Positions 27,898-39,776 of a stretch of DNA of 64,000 nt are shown piece after piece (position 1 is the stretch's first letter; every line of letters begins with the position of its first letter). Made by a program: the position numbers and the translations under genes. This DNA is from a bacterium (lineage in GTDB: Bacteria; Patescibacteriota; Minisyncoccia; Phycocordibacterales; JAKAEA01). Where the stretch lies: positions 235,662-299,661 of the forward strand of contig JAKAEA010000001.1 of assembly GCA_021818465.1 (NCBI GenBank), read 5' to 3'. The notes beneath the pieces are model-generated. The model searched no databases, was not told where the DNA came from, and was given only the letters and a program-made list of their open reading frames with translations.

Positions 27898-27974
27898 TGC
27901 CATAAAAAGTGTTTTTTTGTACAGAAGTATGTTTTTTGTGTAAGTAAAACCCTAAGTAATCTCTCTTAAACACT

Positions 27975-28589
27975 ATGAAGTCATTACTTCAACCAGTGGA
28001 TGAAAACGTACAAGAGTTGCGTGATGCGGAAATCCTAACTCTTTCGGAAAAAAAACCAGCGGTATTTCAAGTCTTGGTTGAACGTTGGCGTCCACGATTA
28101 TTTGCTCGGGCGGCTCGCGTTATGGGTAATGCCGATGATGCGGAGGATGTGGTACAAGAAACTTTGGTGCGCGTCTATAAATATGCCCATCGCTATCAGG
28201 AACAACACGAACATAGTTTTGCAAGTTGGGTCTATACTATTTTCTATAATGTGGCAAAAACCTACCAACGTCGCCGTCACGATCGGTCGGTGTTTGTGAA
28301 TGCGAGCCAACTCGTTGCCAATGAAGAAATGGCTGAATTTCCCGATGTCGCAGAGCAAGATTTTTTTAGGAAATTTTTAGATGTTGACCAAGTTGCTTCC
28401 GTATTAACGCGATTACCGGCGACCGTAGCCCGATTATTGAAACTTTATATACTTGAGGGTCGCAGTTATACTGAATTAGCTCAATCAGAAGGTGTATCGG
28501 TGGGAACCATTCGTGTGCGTTTGCATAGAGCGCGACAATCATTTCAAGACACATTGCATCGTGATAAAGAAGAAATATCATTACGTTAA
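27975..28589 (+). CDS. ECF-type RNA polymerase sigma factor
   Basis: Region 2 (DVVQETLVRVYKYAHRY) and region 4 (YTELAQSEGVSVGTIRVRLHRARQ). Confidence 0.8.
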   Translation: MKSLLQPVDENVQELRDAEILTLSEKKPAVFQVLVERWRPRLFARAARVMGNADDAEDVVQETLVRVYKYAHRYQEQHEHSFASWVYTIFYNVAKTYQRRRHDRSVFVNASQLVANEEMAEFPDVAEQDFFRKFLDVDQVASVLTRLPATVARLLKLYILEGRSYTELAQSEGVSVGTIRVRLHRARQSFQDTLHRDKEEISLR

Positions 28590-28602
28590 TGTATGAAAAT
28601 GT

Positions 28603-29022
28603 ATGAATATGAGTAAACAAACATCGTTGACGTGTGATGTTTTTACCCGTCGGGTGATGGGGCGTATTTATGTAGTCTATTTTTTACGTAAACTCAGTCG
28701 ACCAGTTTTTATAGAGAGTTTTTTGCTTGGTCTATGCACCTTAATTATTTCACTTATGGTTTCTCTTGGGCATGTTATCAATAATGCGGAACGCGTACCC
28801 GATGCGCCAATGATGCTGCCACTATTTCGCTTTTTTTGGTCGGCGTTTTTAGATACCAATGATGTTGTTAAAATTTTAAGTATTGCTCTTGTGTTAACGG
28901 CTATTATGTTTGTCTACACTATTAGTTTCTCTTTGTTTAAACGTTGTACGCGTATATCTGGCCGTCTTCTCGGTCAGATTTTTTTTCGGCACACAACAGC
29001 ACCGCATCCAGCTATTAATTAA
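28603..29022 (+). CDS. membrane protein, putative anti-sigma factor
   Basis: Immediately downstream of the ECF sigma. TM helices are present. The anti-sigma call comes from context only. Confidence 0.45.
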   Translation: MNMSKQTSLTCDVFTRRVMGRIYVVYFLRKLSRPVFIESFLLGLCTLIISLMVSLGHVINNAERVPDAPMMLPLFRFFWSAFLDTNDVVKILSIALVLTAIMFVYTISFSLFKRCTRISGRLLGQIFFRHTTAPHPAIN

Positions 29023-29052
29023 CAATATTTCCTCTTGCGTTTTCTAGGGTAG

Positions 29053-31886
<2,834 letters not shown>

Positions 31887-31890
31887 GTAT

Positions 31891-32325
31891 ATGTACGCTT
31901 TTTCTATTCATCCCTGGGCGATTCTCGTTGCGGCGGTGGTGTCGCTTGCGATAGGTGGTGTCTGGTATTCGTCGGTGCTATTTGCACGACCGTGGTCGCG
32001 CATCACTGGTGTAACTGCGGAAGATAAACAGCAGCGCGGTGTGGTGACACGATATATACATTTTGGTCTTATTTTTTTAAGTCTCATTATCGTTGCCTTG
32101 ATCACCGCTTTTTTTCAGGAAAATTTATTTGTGCCAACGGTGTATCAAGCGCTCAGTACTAGTTTTTGGTTATGGTTTGTGGGAGTTGCTGTTAGCAGTA
32201 TGGTGACTACCATAACCGAACCGCGCCGCAGCCCGGCTGATTCCTGGAAACTTTTTGCTATCACTGCTGGTTATTGGCTTGTGGTTTTTTTGGTGACCGC
32301 TCTCATTGTGTTCGCTATGAGTTAG
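31891..32325 (+). CDS. hypothetical membrane protein
   Basis: Four predicted TM helices. 144 aa. Confidence 0.45.
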   Translation: MYAFSIHPWAILVAAVVSLAIGGVWYSSVLFARPWSRITGVTAEDKQQRGVVTRYIHFGLIFLSLIIVALITAFFQENLFVPTVYQALSTSFWLWFVGVAVSSMVTTITEPRRSPADSWKLFAITAGYWLVVFLVTALIVFAMS

Positions 32326-32337
32326 CGTACGGTTACC

Positions 32338-33168
32338 ATGTCACTCGTTACGTACCACATACATCGGCATCGCAATCATTTTCGTCGAATTAGTTACCCA
32401 GCATCACTGTGGCAAAAAATATACTCATTGTTTTTGATGCCGTTGGGTGTTGTGGCGATAGCGATGGTGGCGGTGAAATTGTTCGCGGTGGCGGTGCCGG
32501 TTTCTAGTGATACTATCAGTATTAACACTCTACTAGCCGCCCTCGGTTTTACTCTTATGCGACTTGGTATTGCGTATATACTAGCGGTACTGGTAAGTAT
32601 TCCGTTGGCAGTACTTGCTACAGCATCGCCAACTATGGAAGCAATGTTTTTGCCCATGTTTGATATTTTTCAATCAGTGCCCATTTTAGCTTTTTTCCCT
32701 GTTATTATTTTGATTTTTATCAATGTTAAATTTTTTACCGGTGCGGCAATAACCATCCTTTTTTTGAGTATGGTGTGGAATATTGTTTTTACACTTATTG
32801 GAGGCATTAATGTGATTCCGCGTGATATTATTGCCGCCGCACACCTTTTTGGTTTGTGGGGATGGACTTATTTTTGGAAAGTGTTGTTGCCAGCAATGGT
32901 TCCGCAACTTGTCACGGGTTCTATTTTAGCTTTCGCCCAAGGGTGGAATATTATTATTGTGGCGGAAGTGTTGCATACGTACATTCCTCACGGTACCGCG
33001 GCGCAAGATCTTTTTGGTATAGGTAGTATTTTAGTTTCTGCTTCGGCACATGGTCAGAGTACTGTTTTTCTTTGGGCTCTTTGTATAACAATTGTGGCCA
33101 TTGCTCTGATTAATTTCTTTATATGGCAAAAATTACTTCGCTATGCTCAACGCTTCCGATTCGAATAA
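32338..33168 (+). CDS. ABC transporter permease (TauC/SsuC/NrtB-type)
   Basis: Binding-protein-dependent inner-membrane component fold with conserved loop region. The exact start is uncertain. Confidence 0.7.
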   Translation: MSLVTYHIHRHRNHFRRISYPASLWQKIYSLFLMPLGVVAIAMVAVKLFAVAVPVSSDTISINTLLAALGFTLMRLGIAYILAVLVSIPLAVLATASPTMEAMFLPMFDIFQSVPILAFFPVIILIFINVKFFTGAAITILFLSMVWNIVFTLIGGINVIPRDIIAAAHLFGLWGWTYFWKVLLPAMVPQLVTGSILAFAQGWNIIIVAEVLHTYIPHGTAAQDLFGIGSILVSASAHGQSTVFLWALCITIVAIALINFFIWQKLLRYAQRFRFE

Positions 33169-33883
33169 CCTAATCGTTTTTAATGGGATAGGGAAAACGT
33201 ATCCGCATGAACACACATCGGCACTGCACGACATTTCTTTTTCCGTGGAAAAAGGAACACTCACCTGTTTTATTGGTCCGTCGGGTAGTGGTAAATCGAC
33301 CGTTTTAAAACTGATTGCTGGTTTGGAAAAGCCGACCATTGGCAGTATCCAGGCGCCACCACCTAAAAATATTTCTATGGTCTTTCAATCAGGTGCTCTT
33401 TTTCCGTGGCTTACCGCAGTAGATAATGTTGCTCTTGTTTTACAAGTTCGTGATGCCCGCTTATCTAAAACTATAGCGCGAAAAAAAGCTCAAGAATTTT
33501 TAGCCTTAGTACGTTTACAAGAGTACGCTGAAAAATATCCAGCTGATCTTTCTGGTGGTCAGCGCCAGCGGGTTGGTATTGCACGGGCACTTGCAGTTAC
33601 ACCCGACGTGCTTCTTCTTGACGAACCGTTTTCTGCTCTAGATCCGAAAACTACCGCCGAGCTTCACGATGATTTGTTGCGTCTTTGGAAACAAACAGGT
33701 ACGACAATTCTGGCTGTATCGCACCTTATTGAAGAGGCGGTTGCGTTGGCTAGTTCAATTATTCTGATCAAAGAAGGAACTATTGCCCAGCGGTACACAC
33801 TCCATATCCCATATCCGAGGCGCGAACAGGAAACAGCGTTTATACAAGAAGTTCACCACATCCGCCGCGACTTTTTTGCGTGA
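33143..33883 (+). CDS. ABC transporter ATP-binding protein (TauB/SsuB-type)
   Basis: Walker A GPSGSGKST, signature LSGGQRQRV, and Walker B LLLDEP. Confidence 0.85.
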   Translation: MLNASDSNNLIVFNGIGKTYPHEHTSALHDISFSVEKGTLTCFIGPSGSGKSTVLKLIAGLEKPTIGSIQAPPPKNISMVFQSGALFPWLTAVDNVALVLQVRDARLSKTIARKKAQEFLALVRLQEYAEKYPADLSGGQRQRVGIARALAVTPDVLLLDEPFSALDPKTTAELHDDLLRLWKQTGTTILAVSHLIEEAVALASSIILIKEGTIAQRYTLHIPYPRREQETAFIQEVHHIRRDFFA

Positions 33884-34953
33884 TTGCATGGGGAATGTCG
33901 TGGTATACTACACGTATGCCCGCCATGCACAGTCGCTTCCAACATTTTTTCTTTTTTGCCGTTTTTGTTGTGGTCTTAGTGCTCGTGTTTTTTATCATCG
34001 AATCTTTTTTAGCGCCGCTTGTATTGGCGTTTGCTCTAGCTATTATTTTTCAACCGCTATATCAATATCTCAAGCGACGTATGGGAGGAAAAGAGACACT
34101 CGCTGCCCTCATTGCCGTTATGATTATTGTAGCAATTGTTTTGGTACCACTTATTTTTGTGGGACAAGCGCTTTTTAATGAAGCACTCTCGCTCTATACA
34201 ATGGTGAGTGTAAATGGTCATGCGCAAAATTGGTTTAATCAGAGTGTTGCTAATCTGCAATCGTATCTGCGCGCTCATATTTCACCTCAAATTACGCTGA
34301 ATGCGTCCACCTATTTACAACAGGGTCTACAGTGGGTGGTGTCGCGTCTCAACGGTTTCTTTACTGAATTTCTGCGTATTCTTTTTGAGGTTTTAATTAT
34401 GATTATTGCCCTTTTTTATATTTTACGTGATGGTCATTTGTTACGTGACCAGTATTTAAAAATTAGTCCACTGCCTGATGAATATGATAATCGTATTATT
34501 AAAACGTTGAGTTCCGCTATTGGCTCAGTGATCAAAGGTTCACTTATTGTTGCTGTACTTCAAGCTATACAAGGTTCCGTAGCGGTACTGATTGCTGGGT
34601 ATCCTTCGCCGGTGATTTGGGGGGTCATTATCGGTATTGCTAGTTTTATACCAGGCGTTGGCACAGGTATTATTATGATTCCGCTTATCCTGTTCACTTT
34701 TTTTACTGGTCATATTGTGCAGGGAATTTTGTTAACAGTGTGGTATATCTTAGCCGTGAGTTTAATAGATAATATTCTTTCACCGAATGTATTAAAACGT
34801 GGTGGTATTGCCGTACACCCATTTATGATTTTGCTTGGTGTCATTGGTGGTATCGTCATTTTTGGACCAATTGGCTTTATTGTTGGGCCATTAATCATTG
34901 CATTATTCTTTGCTTTGTTGGAGTTATACCCGTTTGTTATACGAGAGACATAA
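33880..34953 (+). CDS. AI-2E family transporter (PerM/YhhT, UPF0118)
   Basis: Characteristic AI-2E membrane topology and conserved central blocks. Confidence 0.7.
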   Translation: MIAWGMSWYTTRMPAMHSRFQHFFFFAVFVVVLVLVFFIIESFLAPLVLAFALAIIFQPLYQYLKRRMGGKETLAALIAVMIIVAIVLVPLIFVGQALFNEALSLYTMVSVNGHAQNWFNQSVANLQSYLRAHISPQITLNASTYLQQGLQWVVSRLNGFFTEFLRILFEVLIMIIALFYILRDGHLLRDQYLKISPLPDEYDNRIIKTLSSAIGSVIKGSLIVAVLQAIQGSVAVLIAGYPSPVIWGVIIGIASFIPGVGTGIIMIPLILFTFFTGHIVQGILLTVWYILAVSLIDNILSPNVLKRGGIAVHPFMILLGVIGGIVIFGPIGFIVGPLIIALFFALLELYPFVIRET

Positions 34954-35960
34954 TGGCATTTATAGATGAAATTACCATTCATGCGCGGGCAGGTCGCGGT
35001 GGCGACGGTGTTGTGCGTTGGTTGCATGAAAAGGGCAAAGAATTTTCAGGAGCGGCCGGCGGCAATGGCGGGGCGGGTGGAAGTGTGTGGGTGCGGGCGG
35101 TGCGCGATATACATCGTTTGGCGAGCTATCGGCACGTCAAGGAATTTGCCGCCGGCCGCGGCGAAGATGGTAAACGTGCATCACGTCACGGACGTGACGG
35201 CACAGATGTGGTTATAGAATTACCCATCGGTTCTATTATTACGAATGTGTCGGCGGAACGTGGTGCTGCACCAACGCGAGGTAATCCGTTTAATAAAAAA
35301 ATTATTCTTACGCAAGAAGATGAACAGGTTCTTTTGCTTGCTGGTGGTCGGGGTGGTTTAGGTAATGAACATTTTAAAGCTTCTACTAATACCACACCGT
35401 ATGAATGGACACCTGGAAAAGAAGGTGAAGAAGCGGATTTTTTAATTGAACTTGAATTGGTTGCTGATGCTGGTCTTATTGGGTTCCCTAATGCTGGGAA
35501 ATCTAGTTTGTTAAACGCACTGACGCATGCTCGTTCCAAAGTCGCTCACTATGCTTTTACCACCCTTGATCCAGCGCTCGGTGCTATGGAAGAATTTGTG
35601 CTTGCCGATATTCCTGGTCTTATAGAAGGCGCGGCGCGTGGTAAGGGGCTTGGCGTAAAATTTTTGCGTCACGTACGCCGCACGCGTATTTTATTTCATT
35701 GTATTTCCCTGGAGCTTGATGATGTGGTGGCGGCGTATAAAACAGTACGTGCCGAATTAGCGGCATTTGATGCAGTATTGAGCACGAAGGCTGAGGTATG
35801 TATTTTAACTAAAAGCGATATGGTGCCACCGGAAAAAATTCAAGAAGCGCAAGCCGCATTAAAAAAACATGTTGCAACCGTCTATGTGGTGTCGATACTC
35901 GACGATGCTGCTGTTAAACATCTTAGAGATACACTCGTACACGTATTGCGCTCACTCTAA
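34953..35960 (+). CDS. obg: GTPase Obg
   Basis: Obg fold N-terminus (FIDEITIHARAGRGGDGVVRW...GGNGGAGGSV) and G domain (GFPNAGKSSL, DIPGLIEGA). Confidence 0.9.
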   Translation: MAFIDEITIHARAGRGGDGVVRWLHEKGKEFSGAAGGNGGAGGSVWVRAVRDIHRLASYRHVKEFAAGRGEDGKRASRHGRDGTDVVIELPIGSIITNVSAERGAAPTRGNPFNKKIILTQEDEQVLLLAGGRGGLGNEHFKASTNTTPYEWTPGKEGEEADFLIELELVADAGLIGFPNAGKSSLLNALTHARSKVAHYAFTTLDPALGAMEEFVLADIPGLIEGAARGKGLGVKFLRHVRRTRILFHCISLELDDVVAAYKTVRAELAAFDAVLSTKAEVCILTKSDMVPPEKIQEAQAALKKHVATVYVVSILDDAAVKHLRDTLVHVLRSL

Positions 35961-36614
35961 TTCTTGTTCTTGTCCTGGCTTATCCTCAAAATCTTCCTCC
36001 GTGTCCTCGTCGCTGTCGGTGTCAGCAGTAATGCTGCCATACCGTCGACTACGTGCGGCGTTTTCTAAAAGTTGCCGTGAAAGATTGTGCGCTAGTGACG
36101 CGTCTATTATTGGCATCAGAAATTTTTTTGTTCCACGATCGCCACGATCGTCGCTGCGGTCGGCGGCAGTAACAATATCAAGTTGCGCTAAGCCAAAGAG
36201 GCGGTAGTGATATGGTCGAGCAATATGTACATTGCTAATTTGGTGGTAGGGAATAGTGGTTTCGCGAATATAAAAGAGACCGCTTCGTAAATGTACGGCA
36301 TATTCATCAAGAAAAAATTTATATACTCGGTATAAAACATTAGCGCGGAGATAGGCTACAAGAAAAAAAGAAATACCCACAAGGGCAAACCATTCAGCAA
36401 GCATTCCGTTGGTTATATACCAGGTGGGGTGGGCGGCGAGAAACATAGTCGCTTGCTGTGTTAGATTCCCCCAATATATTGCCCAAGCCAGATACAAACA
36501 ACCAATACCCGCTAGTGCAAGCCACCAGCATTTATGAATAAAAATAAAAAGAAAGGTACGCCGCCCGCGTTTGTGTTTTTTTCCTAGCTCTAGTTGCTGA
36601 TATGCATAATCCAT
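35952..36614 (-). CDS. membrane protein with bacterial PH (bPH_2, YdbS/YdbT-like) domain
   Basis: Two TM helices followed by a PH-like domain. Acidic C-terminal tail. Confidence 0.45.
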   Translation of the reverse strand: MDYAYQQLELGKKHKRGRRTFLFIFIHKCWWLALAGIGCLYLAWAIYWGNLTQQATMFLAAHPTWYITNGMLAEWFALVGISFFLVAYLRANVLYRVYKFFLDEYAVHLRSGLFYIRETTIPYHQISNVHIARPYHYRLFGLAQLDIVTAADRSDDRGDRGTKKFLMPIIDASLAHNLSRQLLENAARSRRYGSITADTDSDEDTEEDFEDKPGQEQELE

Positions 36615-36688
36615 ATACTATATATTGTAGCGTATATAGTATACTAGTGTTAGGTTGGATGTGGTGTATAAACTAATTTTCAATTTTT

Positions 36689-37108
36689 ATGAAACATCGT
36701 TTTCTACGAGATAGTGCAAAATTTTTAGCCGGTTTAGTGTTGGGCGATTTTTTGACGTTATGGTGGTTGGCCGCTCAAGGCATTTGGCCCGTACATTTTT
36801 TCGGTATTATATGGTCATCACAAATTGTACTCCCCGGACTACTTTTTGATGCGGCACTTTTTCTTATGTTGGTGCACTACGGTTGGCATGTTGGAAAAAT
36901 TCCCATGTTTCGTGAGCGTACCTACCTCGTTATCGCCGGGGCTATTTTTATGGTAGTCGCTGTGGTGCATCTCATTCGACTTTTTACCGGTGATATCAAT
37001 CTAAATATTTTAGGTTGGGTGGTGCCGCTGTGGATCTCGTGGATTGGCGTTATCGTTGCCGGATATCTTTCATATCTTAGTTTTTCTCTTGCTGCAAAGC
37101 TTGAGTAA
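36689..37108 (+). CDS. hypothetical membrane protein
   Basis: Four TM helices. 139 aa. Confidence 0.4.
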   Translation: MKHRFLRDSAKFLAGLVLGDFLTLWWLAAQGIWPVHFFGIIWSSQIVLPGLLFDAALFLMLVHYGWHVGKIPMFRERTYLVIAGAIFMVVAVVHLIRLFTGDINLNILGWVVPLWISWIGVIVAGYLSYLSFSLAAKLE

Positions 37109-37669
37109 TTGTGTATGGCACTTTTTACTGGTAAAGGTGATGGCGGTACGACAAAAACCTATGGCTGCGATCAGCGCGTTTCGAAAAGCTCGGCGATAGC
37201 TGAGGCGCTCGGTTCGCTTGATGAAATAAATTCTTTTCTCGGGATTGTAAAAGTAACAGCGACGACGACGTCGTTTACCGTTGTTCAGAAAAAAGTCAGC
37301 GTTATTGTTCACAATCTCCAGCAGACTCTTTTTATGGTGCAAGCCCAGGTCGCGGGATTTCCCATGGAGATACCGGCAAGTAAAGTTAAAGAACTAGAAG
37401 AAATTATTGTTGCGTGTGAGCAGGAGTTGCCGCCAATAAAAAATTTTTTTATCTCTGGCGGTACTGAATTAGCGGCTCTATTTGATATTTCTCGAACAAT
37501 AGCGCGACGAGCCGAGCGACGAGTGGTAGCAGTTGCGGAAGAAAAAAAGATTACTATTGAAGCAACTACGCTCGCATTTCTTAATCGTTTGTCCAGTATT
37601 TTGTACGCTTTGGCGCGGCTTTCAAATCATAAAGCCGGCATTTCTGAAGAGTCGCCAACATACACCTAA
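37109..37669 (+). CDS. pduO: ATP:cob(I)alamin adenosyltransferase, PduO/MMAB type
   Basis: N-terminus FTGKGDGGTTKTYGCDQRVSKSSAIAEALGSLDEINSFLG matches the PduO-type consensus. Confidence 0.8.
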   Translation: MCMALFTGKGDGGTTKTYGCDQRVSKSSAIAEALGSLDEINSFLGIVKVTATTTSFTVVQKKVSVIVHNLQQTLFMVQAQVAGFPMEIPASKVKELEEIIVACEQELPPIKNFFISGGTELAALFDISRTIARRAERRVVAVAEEKKITIEATTLAFLNRLSSILYALARLSNHKAGISEESPTYT

Positions 37670-37758
37670 AAAACACGAAAGAGGGTTGAGTATTTTTGAT
37701 GCCTGACCTTACGTTAGTTTTGTGGTATGCTGTTTCGGAAACAAAGTCAGACTTCTTT

Positions 37759-39186
37759 ATGAAAAACTATATTCCCACAATTGGTTTGGAAATTCATGCC
37801 GAACTTAAAACACAAACAAAAATGTTTTGTGATTCGCGCAATGATCCCGACGAAGAGCGGCCGAACGTCAATATTTGTCCGATTTGTATGGGTCATCCGG
37901 GCACATTACCGACCATAAATAAAGAAGCTGTTAAGCATGTGTTAAAGGTTGGCATTGCTGTTGGTGGTCAATTAGCCGACTTCACGGAATTTGATCGCAA
38001 AAACTATTTTTATCCCGATATTCCCAAAGGCTATCAGATTTCGCAGTACAAATACCCGCTCGTTTCCGGCGGCAGACTTGCTGGTGTGGCGCTTACACGT
38101 GTGCATTTGGAAGAAGATACCGGGAAAAATATGCATACCGGCGATGCAAGTCTTATTGATTTCAATCGTGCTGGAGTGCCGCTTATGGAATTAGTAACTG
38201 AGCCGGTTATACACAGTGCTGAAGAGGCGGTGCGTTTCGCAAAAGAATTACAGTTACTGTTGCGTTATCTTGGTGTGGCCGAAGCAAATATGGACAAAGG
38301 AGAGATGCGGGTGGAAGCAAATATTTCTGTGAGTGCTGATGCGCAAAAATTTGGCACTAAGGTAGAAGTGAAAAATCTTAATTCATTTCGGGCGGTTGAG
38401 CGGGCAATCGTCTACGAACTAGAGCGTCAACAGACACTTCTCGAAAAAGGAGAAGTTGTTGTTCAGGAAACGCGTGGCTGGAACGAAACCAAAGAGGCCA
38501 CCGTTAGTCAGCGTCAAAAAGAAGATTCGCATGATTATCGCTATTTTCCTGATCCAGATTTACCCAAACTTCATCTAAGCAAAATTCCTGAATGTGCGCG
38601 CGCCGAGTTGGAAAAAGAAATTGGTGAATTGCCCCAAGCTCGGCGTGAACGTTATGTCAAAGATTTCAATCTTCCCCCGGAGGATGTTGAATTATTTGTG
38701 ACGCAGCCGGAATGGGGGGATTATTTTGAAAAGCTCATTGCTGATTTTGGGGGTGATACAAAAAAAATAAAGCTTTCTTCAAATTACCTTTCATCGGATC
38801 TCTTGGGTTTAGTAAAAAAGGAACCAACTCACTGGCAGACACATCCCATTGCTCATGATGCGTTTGCTTCACTCATTACAATGCTTGCCGAAGGAAAAAT
38901 TGGCTCGCGAGCAGCTAAAGATATTTTGGCTCTATTGTTTAGTTCTGGTGGTCATCCACAAACGATTGCCGAAGAAAAAGGATTACTTCAGAAAACCGAT
39001 GAAGGTGAATTACAGAACATCGCCCAAAAAATTATTACCGATAATCCTAAGGTTGTTGCTGATTATAGAGCTGGCAAACAAGCTGCCTTGCAATTTCTGA
39101 TTGGTCAGGCTATGAAAGCTACTCGTGGCGCGGCAAAACCAGAATTGCTCACCAAAATTTTTAAAGATTTGTTGCAGGTTTCTTAA
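37759..39186 (+). CDS. gatB: aspartyl/glutamyl-tRNA(Asn/Gln) amidotransferase subunit B
   Basis: MKNYIPTIGLEIHAELKT... is the canonical GatB N-terminus. The ATG at 37759 is preferred over the upstream TTG/ATG at 37696/37699. Confidence 0.9.
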   Translation: MKNYIPTIGLEIHAELKTQTKMFCDSRNDPDEERPNVNICPICMGHPGTLPTINKEAVKHVLKVGIAVGGQLADFTEFDRKNYFYPDIPKGYQISQYKYPLVSGGRLAGVALTRVHLEEDTGKNMHTGDASLIDFNRAGVPLMELVTEPVIHSAEEAVRFAKELQLLLRYLGVAEANMDKGEMRVEANISVSADAQKFGTKVEVKNLNSFRAVERAIVYELERQQTLLEKGEVVVQETRGWNETKEATVSQRQKEDSHDYRYFPDPDLPKLHLSKIPECARAELEKEIGELPQARRERYVKDFNLPPEDVELFVTQPEWGDYFEKLIADFGGDTKKIKLSSNYLSSDLLGLVKKEPTHWQTHPIAHDAFASLITMLAEGKIGSRAAKDILALLFSSGGHPQTIAEEKGLLQKTDEGELQNIAQKIITDNPKVVADYRAGKQAALQFLIGQAMKATRGAAKPELLTKIFKDLLQVS

Positions 39187-39224
39187 AGCCATTTTACTAT
39201 AGAAATTTTTTGTGGTACAATGCC

Positions 39225-39665
39225 AACGCTGTTTGTTGGATTCGTGCGCTATTCGATAGTTCTTTTACACAAAGTACTATTGGAAGTGAGGAAAGTCCGA
39301 ACACCAGCATTGGCAAAATTTTTTGTTAATGCAGCAAGTAGCGGGTAATGCCCGCACACGGTGACGTGCGAGGTGCGAACAGAGACGCCGGAAGCGAAAG
39401 CCGAAGGCATCCTACCAAGGATGAGTCTGGTAGTAATATCAGAGTGAAACGGCTAAATCCTTACTTTGGTGCAAGACCGTATCACAGTACTCTAAATGCC
39501 GACGCGTTTAGGACGACTGTGATGAGTCGCAAAGAGTTGATAGGCAACTATTAACCAAGGCAAATACGAATCTCGAGAATAATGGGGGAATGATGGCAGT
39601 GACGCAATGTCAGCACGGTTCCTCTTTTGTTTTTAGACAGAATTCGGCTTATAGACAAACAGCAC
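39225..39665 (+). ncRNA. rnpB: RNase P RNA (bacterial)
   Basis: Conserved GGAAAGTCCG (P4 5' strand) and ACAGAAtTCGGCTTAT (P4 3' strand). The putative P1 pairs GCTGTTTGT (39227-) with ACAAACAGC (39655-). The span overlaps a spurious 68-aa ORF in the track. Confidence 0.6.
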
Positions 39666-39675
39666 AATCAAGAAA

Positions 39676-39702
39676 AACCAGGCCCTAAAGGCCTGGTTTT
39701 TC
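39676..39702 (+). terminator. rho-independent terminator after rnpB
   Basis: ACCAGGCC-ctaaa-GGCCTGGT followed by TTTTTCC. Confidence 0.75.
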
Positions 39703-39776
39703 CTATTGCTACGTTGAGGTGATAGCACTATAATAGAAAGTTGTTATACGAGGTTTAATTTAAAGATAAAATTATT

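Noticed and set aside
39348-39554. 68-aa ORF in the ORF track
   Set aside because: It lies inside the RNase P RNA, whose conserved P4 motifs flank it. Arg/Ser-rich nonsense translation.
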